A stretch of 64,000 nt of DNA from Thermomicrobiales bacterium. Its GTDB lineage: Bacteria; Chloroflexota; Chloroflexia; Thermomicrobiales; UBA6265. Numbering within the stretch: the stretch's first letter is position 1; the number at the start of each line of letters is the position of its first letter. The notes below the pieces were generated by a model. That model saw nothing but the letters and a program-made list of their open reading frames with translations, had not been told where the DNA came from and did not search any database. A program made the translations under genes and the position numbers. The DNA lies in the NCBI GenBank assembly GCA_035944555.1, contig DASZAY010000012.1, positions 77,899 through 141,898 of the forward strand, in the 5' to 3' direction. Below, in pieces: positions 39,513-47,663 of this stretch.

Positions 39513-40655
39513 ATGCGGTCGCCCTTCATCCCGTTCTTCCTCGGCGACCTCGGGGCCGACGCAACCGCGCAGGCACACTGGGCCAGTGCGATCGCGGCCG
39601 GCGGGGCACTGACGTCCATGATCGCGGCACCGCTCTGGGGCGTGCTGGCCGACCGGGTTGGGCGGCGGCCGATGGTTGTCCGGGCCATGATCTTTGGCGC
39701 GGTCACGGTCGGTCTGATGAGCGTCGCGACGGCGCCGTGGCAGTTGTTCGGCCTTCGCCTGGTCGAGGGAGCAACGACCGGGACCGTCGCCGCCTGTGCC
39801 GCGCTCATCGCCGCGACGGTCCCGGCGGAGCGGCTTGGTTTCGCCCTGGGCCTGATGCATACGTCGGTGTTCTCCGGCAATGCCATCGGGCCACTGCTCG
39901 GTGGCTTCCTCGCCGACTGGCTGGGGTATCGGGCGACCTACGCCACCTGTGGCGTCCTGATCGGCATCGGCGCCGTGATCGTCATCCTGCTGGTACGCGA
40001 GCGGTTCATCCGTCCGAGGCCTGAATCGCGGCGTCCCGGGGCGACGGGAGGGTGGAACCGCCGGCGTTGGCTCGCGCTGCTTGGCCCGGTCGTGGTGGTG
40101 ATGCTCGGGGTGATGTTCGTGCTGCGGGCGGCGTCGCAGGCAATGCAGCCGATCTTCCCGCTCTTTATCGGCACGTTACCCCAGACGGCGCTGAGCGATG
40201 CCCAGGCAACCGGGATCGTCTTCGGCGCACAGGGCGTGGCCGCCGCCATCACCTCCGTCTGGCTGGGAGCACTTGGCGACCGGATCGGTCATCGCCGCGT
40301 GCTGCTGCTCGCCGCCGCCGGAAGCGGGCTCGCATCGCTGCCCATGGCGCTGGCGACCGACGTCTGGCAGTTGGTCGTCCTGCAGGCACTCTTCGGACTG
40401 TTCGCCGGTGGACTGATCCCGTCGACCAACGCCCTGGTCAGCCGCGCAACTTCACCGGCTCACCGTGGCGCCATCTTCGGCCTGATGACCGGTGCCGGGG
40501 GGCTCGGATCGCTGGTCGGCCCACTGGCTGCCGCCGGAGTCGCGACATCGGCCGGGTATGGCGCCGCCTTCGTCATGGTCGCGCTGGCTCTGCTCGTGAC
40601 AGCCGCCGCGCTGGTCGTCGCCTTTCGCAGGGTGCCCGGTCTCGTCGCTCGATGA
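39513..40655 (+). CDS. MFS transporter (coordinates start at the first canonical ATG; TM1 appears to begin upstream, see findings)
   Basis: Has 11-12 TM segments and an MFS loop motif, GVLADRVGRRPMVV. The upstream in-frame sequence ..HDWRRTLWALWVAQTLALVAFS looks like the true TM1. Confidence 0.8.
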   Translation: MRSPFIPFFLGDLGADATAQAHWASAIAAGGALTSMIAAPLWGVLADRVGRRPMVVRAMIFGAVTVGLMSVATAPWQLFGLRLVEGATTGTVAACAALIAATVPAERLGFALGLMHTSVFSGNAIGPLLGGFLADWLGYRATYATCGVLIGIGAVIVILLVRERFIRPRPESRRPGATGGWNRRRWLALLGPVVVVMLGVMFVLRAASQAMQPIFPLFIGTLPQTALSDAQATGIVFGAQGVAAAITSVWLGALGDRIGHRRVLLLAAAGSGLASLPMALATDVWQLVVLQALFGLFAGGLIPSTNALVSRATSPAHRGAIFGLMTGAGGLGSLVGPLAAAGVATSAGYGAAFVMVALALLVTAAALVVAFRRVPGLVAR

Positions 40656-40705
40656 GGTCGTGACGTTTCGGCTCTGTCGGTTTCCCGGCGCAGCGTAGTC
40701 CGGGC

Positions 40706-40735
40706 TTTACGCAACTGGGATGATGTGATTATGGT
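40706..40735 (+). promoter_or_regulatory. Candidate sigma-70-type promoter (TTTACG-N18-TATGGT)
   Basis: An AT-enriched patch sits about 35 nt upstream of the strong SD+ATG at 40769. The hexamers only partly match consensus. Confidence 0.3.
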
Positions 40736-40768
40736 CAACGTCCTCCACCGGGGATTTCCCACCTAGGA

Positions 40769-41421
40769 GTGAAGGCCATGCGACCCGTAACCACTCCTGG
40801 CAGGACGCACAGCCGGTTTATCTCTGGTCTCGGTGCCCTCGCGCTCGCGGGCGGACTCGTTCGTGGCCGCATCCGCCGTCCCGCGGGGCCGCGGTCAATG
40901 CCTGCGCCGATCCCGTGCTGCCCCCGACGATCGTCGGGTCCGGGCAGACGCAGGGCATGTCCGGAGATGACGTGATCTGGGGCTCCGATGGGGCCGACGT
41001 GATCGATAGCGGTCCGGGTAACGATGTCATCTGCGGCTTCGGCGGGGATGACGTGCTCCTCGGCGGATCCGGCGAGGACATCATCAAGGGCGGACCCGGT
41101 TCCGATACAGCCGACGGCGGGGCGGGTGTGGACAGTGTCAGTGGAGGAGACGGATTTCTCGGTGCCGATCCGGCTGACCGCGACGTCGTCAGTGGCGGCT
41201 CCGGTGACGACTTCGTCAGTGCCGGAGACTTTGCTGTCATCGGTGGCGGTAGCGGAGCGGACTTCCTGAGCAGCGGGTCGGTCGACGCAACCTGTCGGGA
41301 CAGTTCGGGATTCGATACCTGCCAGGTCAATAATGCGCTGGACCCGACCAGCGGCGTTCACCCGACGGGGACGGGCACGCTCTCGTCCTGCGAAGCGATC
41401 GGATCGAGCCCGGTCGGCTGA
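40769..41421 (+). pseudogene. Small secreted RTX-like (GGxGxD hemolysin-type Ca-binding repeat) protein, apparently frame-disrupted between the signal peptide and the repeat region
   Basis: AGGAG lies 8 nt upstream of ATG 40769, which opens a signal-peptide-like ORF (MKAMRPVTTPGRTHSRFISGLGALALAGGLV...) that stops at 40975. The repeat ORF (GSDGADVIDSGPGNDVICGFGGDDVLLGGSGEDIIKGGPGSDTADGGAGVD...) is in a different frame, open from before 40900 to 41421. If instead it starts at GTG 40915, the product is an intact 168-aa protein with no signal peptide. Confidence 0.5.
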
Positions 41422-41689
41422 CAACCGTCATGCCATGCAGAACGGAAGCGGACCGTGGGGCCCGGGGAACCGGTGAGCCGCGGTCCGTCTGCGTTGCGCC
41501 CACCGGGCAACCGGCGGTGATGCATTCCCGTAACGGACCACGAAGTTGAGGAACGGCACAAATCTGGCGTAGGTCGCACTGGTCGCGCGACGGTGGTTTC
41601 GCCTGGAAACGATCGCGCCGGCGTGGTCTATCCCGTTTGGGTCGGATGGGCCGGGTGCCCCGGGAGGGGCTCTGCATCTGGAGGATCAC

Positions 41690-42067
41690 ATGCGCTTCCT
41701 TCCCACACAGGTCCACGGGATCGTCGATTACCTCGCCGGTATCGTCTTCATCGCGTTGCCATGGCTCTTCGACTGGAACGACTCCGCGAAGACGATCCTG
41801 ACGATCCTCGGGATCGGCGTCATCGCGTACAGCCTGCTGACCCGGTATGAACTCGGAGTCATGAAGGTCATCCCGATGTCGACGCACCTCATGCTCGACC
41901 TTGTCGCTGGCGTCTTCCTGATCATTTCGCCGTTCATCTTCGACGTCGAGCCCGACGCTGCCCGGTGGACGATGGTCGTCCTTGGCGTCCTCGAGATCGG
42001 TGCTTCCCTGATGACGCGGACCGACCCGTACGAATCGGACCGGACCGCGAGCGCCGGACGAGCCTGA
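41690..42067 (+). CDS. Small 4-TM membrane protein, SPW-repeat-like
   Basis: GGAGG lies 5 nt upstream of ATG 41690. Two halves each carry a (L/S)P(W/F) motif after a TM segment: VDYLAGIVFIALPWLFDW and LDLVAGVFLIISPFIFD. The family assignment is by pattern only. Confidence 0.5.
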   Translation: MRFLPTQVHGIVDYLAGIVFIALPWLFDWNDSAKTILTILGIGVIAYSLLTRYELGVMKVIPMSTHLMLDLVAGVFLIISPFIFDVEPDAARWTMVVLGVLEIGASLMTRTDPYESDRTASAGRA

Positions 42068-42090
42068 TCGCCCTGACATTCGGAGAACGA

Positions 42091-42131
42091 AGAGAAGCCG
42101 GACCGGGGCGATGCTCCGGTCCGGCTTCTCT
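42091..42131 (+). terminator. Perfect 16-bp hairpin after the SPW-like gene; intrinsic terminator candidate
   Basis: AGAGAAGCCGGACCGG-ggcgatgct-CCGGTCCGGCTTCTCT is followed by tcgccggcgTTTTCg. Confidence 0.65.
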
Positions 42132-42367
42132 TCGCCGGCGTTTTCGCGAATAGTTCTGTTACCCGGACGCCAGCGGAACCACCGGGCCATTGCGGCCCTG
42201 GCGATCAGGATCACTCAGCGATCGCAACCAGGTGAACCATCTCCCGTGGTCAGGCAAAGTTGCGAGGACCGCTGCCGCTCCGCGGCTTTTCGGTCACAAT
42301 GGACCCATCGGATTGAGCACCTGCGCGTCGCGTCGCCCCCGGGCGGAAAGACGAACGAGGAAACTGC

Positions 42368-43693
42368 ATGAAGGTTACGTTCATCGGGGCAGGTAGTACC
42401 GTCTTCGCCCTGAATCTGCTCGGCGACATTCTCTCGTACGAGGAGCTCCGCGATTGCGAGATCGCGCTCCACGACATCAACGAGGAGCGTCTCTCGACCT
42501 CCGCGACGGTCGTCCGGCAGGCCGTCGACAAGCTCGGCGCACCGACCAGGGTCACCGAGACGACCGACCGCCGCGCGGCCTTGGACGGCGCGAACTACGT
42601 CCTGACGATGATCCAGGTCGGTGGCTACCGCCCCGCGACGGTGACAGACTTCGAGGTCCCCAAGAAGTACGGCCTCCGGCAGACCATCGCCGACACGCTC
42701 GGCATCGGCGGCATCATGCGGGGCCTGCGCACGGTGCCGGTGCTGGTCGATATCGCCCGCGACATGGAGGAGCTCTGCCCCGAGGCTCCGCTGCTCCAGT
42801 ACGTCAACCCCATGGCGATCAACTGCTGGGCGCTCAACGAGCTGACCGACATCAAGACGATCGGGCTCTGCCATAGCGTCCAGGGGACGGCAGGCGAGCT
42901 GGCCCGGGACCTGGACATCCCGCTGGCAGAGATCGACTACGTCGCCGCCGGCATCAACCACATGGCGTTCTACCTGAAGTTCCAGCACAAGGGTGAGGAT
43001 CTCTACCCGCGCCTCCGCCAGATCGAGGCTGAAGGGACGATGCCGGCGGGCAACCGAGTCCGGTACGAGATGCTCAAGCGCACCGGCTACTTCGTCACGG
43101 AGTCCAGCGAGCACTTCAGCGAGTACGTGCCCTGGTTCATCAAGCGTGACCGGCCGGACCTGATCGAGCAGTTCAACATCCCGCTCGACGAGTACCCACG
43201 CCGCTGCGAGCGCCAGATCGCCCGCTGGGAGGACCAGAAGTCCCGGCTGGAGTCCGGCGGGTTCGAGCTCAACACCGAGCGGAGCAACGAGTACGCCGCC
43301 GGGATCATCCACAGCATGGAGACGGGCCAGCCACGGGTCGTCTACGGCAACGTCCCCAACCACGGCCTGATCGACAACCTGCCGGTCGGTGCGACCGTCG
43401 AGGTGCCCTGCCTCGTCGACCGCAACGGCGTCCAGCCAACCGCCGTCGGCACGCTGCCGACCCACCTCGCGGCGCTGATGCAGACCAATGTCAACGTCCA
43501 GGCGCTCACGGTCGAGGCGGTCATCACGGGCAACCGGGACAGCGTCTACCACGCCGCCATGCTCGACCCGCACACCGCCGCCGAGCTGGACCTTGACCAG
43601 ATCTGGCACCTGGTCGATGACCTGATCGACGCCCACGGCACGGAGTTCCTGCCGGACTTCGCCAGCCGGACGGCGGCCATGGCCGCGGACTAG
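42368..43693 (+). CDS. Glycoside hydrolase family 4 (NAD+/Mn2+-dependent alpha-galactosidase/alpha-glucosidase type)
   Basis: Contains [20 protein letters not shown] (the N-terminal Rossmann GxGS), GLCHSVQGT (the conserved Cys-His region) and INHMAF. Confidence 0.9.
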   Translation: MKVTFIGAGSTVFALNLLGDILSYEELRDCEIALHDINEERLSTSATVVRQAVDKLGAPTRVTETTDRRAALDGANYVLTMIQVGGYRPATVTDFEVPKKYGLRQTIADTLGIGGIMRGLRTVPVLVDIARDMEELCPEAPLLQYVNPMAINCWALNELTDIKTIGLCHSVQGTAGELARDLDIPLAEIDYVAAGINHMAFYLKFQHKGEDLYPRLRQIEAEGTMPAGNRVRYEMLKRTGYFVTESSEHFSEYVPWFIKRDRPDLIEQFNIPLDEYPRRCERQIARWEDQKSRLESGGFELNTERSNEYAAGIIHSMETGQPRVVYGNVPNHGLIDNLPVGATVEVPCLVDRNGVQPTAVGTLPTHLAALMQTNVNVQALTVEAVITGNRDSVYHAAMLDPHTAAELDLDQIWHLVDDLIDAHGTEFLPDFASRTAAMAAD

Positions 43694-43781
43694 TCCCTGC
43701 CGACCGGCTCACGGTACCCGAGCCGTGAGCCGGCCCAAACAGTGCCAACCACCGGAGATCGCCATGGTCGCCGAACGATAG

Positions 43782-44345
43782 ATGGCAACACTGGAAGACC
43801 TTGACCTGACCCCGGACGATGGCCAGACCTACGAGATCATCGACGGAGTGATCGTCGTGTCACCAGCGCCCACCTGGAAGCACCAGGCAACGGTCCGCCG
43901 CCTCGACTGGATCTTCACGGATTGGGTTCGCGCGACCGACGCCGGGGAATTGCAGGCCGCTCCGTTCGACATCGTCCTGCGGGAAGGCCAGGTCCTGCAG
44001 CCGGACCTCCTGTACATCGCGAGCGACAATCCGGGTGAGATTGTGCGAGGCAGGTTCCACGGGGTGCCCGATGTCTGCGTGGAAGTGGTTGCTCCGACAA
44101 GCCGGACCCGCGATGGCGACATCAAGTCGGCTCGCTATGCCTCCGCGGGTGTACCCGAATTCTGGCTGGCGGATCCGGATACCAGAAGCATGGCGGTCTA
44201 CCAGCTGGTCCATGGCTTCTATCAGGAGCGCGCCCCGGACGTCGATGGCTCTCTGGCGTCGTCGGTGATGGCCGGCGTTCGCGTGGATCCGGAGGCGCTG
44301 TTCGACGCCGTTGAGCGGTCACAGCGACGATTTACCCGCGACTGA
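43782..44345 (+). CDS. Uma2 family (DUF820) PD-(D/E)xK-type endonuclease
   Basis: Contains YEIIDGVIVVSPAPTWKHQ, PDLLYI, PDVCVEVVAPTSRTRDGDIKSARYASAGVPEFWLADP, the typical Uma2 motif order. Confidence 0.85.
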   Translation: MATLEDLDLTPDDGQTYEIIDGVIVVSPAPTWKHQATVRRLDWIFTDWVRATDAGELQAAPFDIVLREGQVLQPDLLYIASDNPGEIVRGRFHGVPDVCVEVVAPTSRTRDGDIKSARYASAGVPEFWLADPDTRSMAVYQLVHGFYQERAPDVDGSLASSVMAGVRVDPEALFDAVERSQRRFTRD

Positions 44346-44434
44346 TACGTCCCTTCTCACCGACCCGTCATGACGACGACATGCCAGGTAGCTGGACAAC
44401 GATCAGCGAGGAAGCGGCCACGTTGGCTCCGCGC

Positions 44435-47152
44435 TTACCGGGATCGGTGCGGGACTGAGCGGCGGGAGCGAACTACCCACCAGGCGCCGGTCAGCAGCGC
44501 CGCGACCAGCACGGCGTGGGCGACGACCGAGACGGCGAACCCGAGCCGGAGACTCAGCGGCTCATACCGTAGTTCGACTTCATGGGTCCCAGCCGGGAGC
44601 GCGATTCCCCGCAGGCCAACGTTGGTGGGGTAGAGCGGGACCTCCTCGCCGTCGAGGAACGCCGACCACCCCTCGTCATACACCTCACTCATTACGAGAA
44701 ACCCATCGTGGGACGACTCGGCCGTGTAGGTGATCCGCTCGGGGGCATACGACACCAGGGTCGCCGAGCCGGTCGCGTCGTCTGGCGCGCCGGCGATCGG
44801 CGGGACATCGCCCTCGACGACCGCGACCCGATCGGGCCGGAAGCCGATCTGGCTGATCCGGTTGAGCGCCGTCTGCCGGTCGGCGACGATTACGTCATGC
44901 GTCACCCAGGCCGGACCGAGATTGCCGGGATTGTCGTAGATCGCCACCCACTCGTCCTCATACAGCAGCTCACGGTTCTGTTCCATTGCCGCGACGTCGC
45001 GCCGCTCTGGCGGGAGCGACCGGTCGATCAGGACGTGCCCGACGTTGAGCATATCCAGCACCGTTTCATTGCGGAGGGGCGGGTACGGGTCGGCGAAGTG
45101 GTAGTCCTGCGCCGCCCCGTTGAGCGCCAGGACCATGTCGGCGTAGCGGCTGAGCTGGATCGGGTTGTATCCCTGCATCTCGTAGAGGCCGAGGTAGACC
45201 GAGCGACCGTTGGCCTGCGCCGCCTGCGTGTGCGGGTCGTAGCGGCGCTGGACGGCGTACCCGCGCGCACCGGGATTGTCCTCGTCGACGGTGCCCGTCC
45301 CGATGTAGCTGATGTAGCGGCTGTGCTCGCCTGATTCCTGGGCGTCCATCAGGAACTGACCCGATCCCCCCGGGCCGTCGGTCCGGGTGTAGATAGCAGC
45401 CGCCTCAGCCACCGGTTCGTCCGGGGTCCACTGACCTTGCCATCCTCGGATCAGGCGTGATTCGCCTGTGGTTGAGTCGATCACCTCCAGGCCCATCGGC
45501 TGGAGAAACGTCACGAGGATGATCGCGGCGGGGATTGCCCGGTACATCCGGGTTGCGGCCGGCAGCCGCCGCGTCCAACGTGGATCGACCATCAGCCAGA
45601 CCAGCAGCGTCACGATGGTGGCGGCGACGATCGGCGTCGGCGTGATTTCGATGCCACGTGTGGGGAACCAGGCGTACGCGATCAGCAGGAGGATCAGCGG
45701 CAGAAAGACGACTGGTGCCCGGCCAGGGCGGCCGCGCTGGGACCAGAGCCGGTCGACGGTCGCGCCGGCAAGGATCGCGGGTCCGATCATCAGCACCGAG
45801 AGGATGATGGGGACGTTGTGGATGTGTAGGTCGTACCACATCGGGAACAGCCGGAAGACGGCATGAAGGGGCGTGTCGGGCAGGGTGAGGGTCAGGACGA
45901 CCACCGTCATCCCGGCGAAGAAGGGGACGGCGAACCTGGTCCGTGCCAGGAACGGCGCCATGAGCATCAGGACGATCGCACCGGCGGCGATGGTCACGTC
46001 GCGGCTGCCGAACGAGTCGACGACTAGACGCCGGAGCAACCCGGCGAGGTCGTAGGGTCCGACGTCGTAGCCCACGACCCCGTCGTAGCCGCCCGATCCG
46101 ATCGTCGACGCGAGGTAGGTCTCCAGGCGAGGCCAGAGCGCCGCCAGATTGAGGAGCACCCCACCGACCATGATCGTCCCACCGGTCACGACCATCGTGA
46201 CAAGCCTGTCGCTCGCCTTCGGACGCCCCGTCGGAGGAGCGATCAGCGTGCGATAGACCACCCACGCCGAGATCATCAGGCAGGCGTCATACGCCCCCTG
46301 TCCCGGGAACGCGGCAAGCACCTGGCTGACCGCAAAGGCACCCAGCGCCAGCCCGAAGACGCGGACCTGCCATGACGCGGCACGCAGGGCGACTTCAACG
46401 CCCAGCAGCGCGGTCGGGATGAATAGCGCGACGAGGGCGCGGGGTGCGCAGCAGTGTGTCTCATGGAAGGACAGTGGACCGAACGCGAACACGACGCCGG
46501 CCATGATGCTGCCCAGCCGGTTCATGTCCAGTCGGCGGGCCAGTGCGTAGGTGCTAAGGGCGGCGAAGACAAAGTCGAATCCGATCTTCACCTTGAAGGC
46601 GACGATCGGATCAGGGATAAGCCCGAACGTGAGCATCGTCGGGAAGTACATCCAGCCCGACTGGGGATCGCCAGCGATGGGAGCGCCCGAGAACTGATGC
46701 GGATTCCAGCCGGGCAGGTCGAAGTCTCGCAGACGGTCGCCGAGCAGGGTATTCCATGGGACCCACTGGGCCAGGATGTCGTGCCGTCCGATCCAGGCGT
46801 CGTAGACGGACCGGTTCCAGGCAACGAGCAGCGCCAACGCGACGAGGACACCGACGGCGACGAGCTCCCTGAGGACACTCGACCGCGAGAACCACCCCGG
46901 CCCCTCGGTCACGTTGGTGGAACGATTCAGCGCAGGGCTCGGTGTCGCGCGCTCCACGTCGGATCGTGTTGTGGTGACAGGTTCGGACGTCACGACGGCG
47001 CGCTCCCACGAGACGGCAAGAGCCGACGGTACACGGGTATCGCCGGCCGTCGTGGGCGGAGATGGGCCGTAGTCTACGTGACGGTCGCCTCGCAGGACAG
47101 TCGTCGAATCACCGGTGATCCTGAGATGTGGCGTCACCAGATCCGTGCTCAT
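44435..47152 (-). CDS. YfhO-family large polytopic membrane protein (putative glycosyl/lipid-linked sugar transferase)
   Basis: 905 aa with more than 12 TM segments. The extracytoplasmic C-terminal region ends in LDGEEVPLYPTNVGLRGIALPAGTHEVELRYEPLSLRLGFAVSVVA, which matches the characteristic YfhO C-terminus plus a final TM. The start may lie downstream of 47152. Confidence 0.65.
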   Translation of the reverse strand: MSTDLVTPHLRITGDSTTVLRGDRHVDYGPSPPTTAGDTRVPSALAVSWERAVVTSEPVTTTRSDVERATPSPALNRSTNVTEGPGWFSRSSVLRELVAVGVLVALALLVAWNRSVYDAWIGRHDILAQWVPWNTLLGDRLRDFDLPGWNPHQFSGAPIAGDPQSGWMYFPTMLTFGLIPDPIVAFKVKIGFDFVFAALSTYALARRLDMNRLGSIMAGVVFAFGPLSFHETHCCAPRALVALFIPTALLGVEVALRAASWQVRVFGLALGAFAVSQVLAAFPGQGAYDACLMISAWVVYRTLIAPPTGRPKASDRLVTMVVTGGTIMVGGVLLNLAALWPRLETYLASTIGSGGYDGVVGYDVGPYDLAGLLRRLVVDSFGSRDVTIAAGAIVLMLMAPFLARTRFAVPFFAGMTVVVLTLTLPDTPLHAVFRLFPMWYDLHIHNVPIILSVLMIGPAILAGATVDRLWSQRGRPGRAPVVFLPLILLLIAYAWFPTRGIEITPTPIVAATIVTLLVWLMVDPRWTRRLPAATRMYRAIPAAIILVTFLQPMGLEVIDSTTGESRLIRGWQGQWTPDEPVAEAAAIYTRTDGPGGSGQFLMDAQESGEHSRYISYIGTGTVDEDNPGARGYAVQRRYDPHTQAAQANGRSVYLGLYEMQGYNPIQLSRYADMVLALNGAAQDYHFADPYPPLRNETVLDMLNVGHVLIDRSLPPERRDVAAMEQNRELLYEDEWVAIYDNPGNLGPAWVTHDVIVADRQTALNRISQIGFRPDRVAVVEGDVPPIAGAPDDATGSATLVSYAPERITYTAESSHDGFLVMSEVYDEGWSAFLDGEEVPLYPTNVGLRGIALPAGTHEVELRYEPLSLRLGFAVSVVAHAVLVAALLTGAWWVVRSRRSVPHRSR

Positions 47153-47637
47153 CGGCGTGATCGGGTTCGGCGGCGGGCTGGAACGGGAAGGTCGTTCGTA
47201 ACCAGGCGATCAGCGACGCCTCGTCGCCGAAAATCTCGTCGAGCGCCTCGCTCAGCATCGGGTTGAGCGGGTCGTTCGGGAGCCACGATCGGCTGTCGGT
47301 CCGTAGCGCGACGATCGTCGGTCGGCCGGCCGCCCTCACGCATGCGGCCCAGTGCCCACGCGAGCCCCAGTTCGAACGCGACCCCCTCATCCGGGACGCG
47401 ACCGTCCAGCACGGCAAGCACGAGGTCGGCCGCGAGGATCTCCGATGTGTCGAGTTCGAAGACCCGGCGACGCTGCTCGGCGGCGGCGGGGTCGCCGGGA
47501 TCGACTGCGGCCATCTCCAGGCCGTCGCGCTGGGGCAGGAAGACCCGGTGATTGAGCTCCTCCAGCTGCCAGGTCAGTCGGGCGTTGAAGCGTTGCTCGG
47601 CCACGTTGAACAGTGGCGCCGCGAAGTAGATCCGCAT
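47109..47637 (-). pseudogene. Nucleoside 2-deoxyribosyltransferase-like protein, coding sequence split over two frames near 47324..47345
   Basis: Frame A (47637 to about 47340) reads MRIYFAAPLFNVAEQRFN..VFLPQRDG..LAVLDGRVPDEGVAFELGLAWALG and then becomes R-rich nonsense. Frame B (ORF 47109..47417) continues with the expected family sequence ..GRPTIVALRTDSRSWLPNDPLNPMLSEALDEIFGDEASLIAWL. Confidence 0.7.
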
Positions 47638-47663
47638 CCCGTTTCTCCGTCGTTGCCAGCCGG

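Noticed and set aside
39398-40024. 208-aa plus-strand ORF starting with GTG upstream of the MFS gene, considered as the missing MFS N-terminus
   Set aside because: It is in a different frame from the MFS gene. The product is R/G-rich with no hydrophobic helices. The MFS N-terminus is instead visible in the MFS frame itself.
42215-43636. 473-aa minus-strand ORF
   Set aside because: It is antisense to the GH4 glycosidase gene, which has a clear Rossmann N-terminus and a CHS motif. Composition is V/D/R/G-rich and featureless.
43782-44345. The Uma2 endonuclease as part of a restriction-modification or defence island
   Set aside because: It is a single gene with no methyltransferase, helicase, ATPase or other defence partners. 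The neighbours are a GH4 glycosidase and a YfhO membrane protein.
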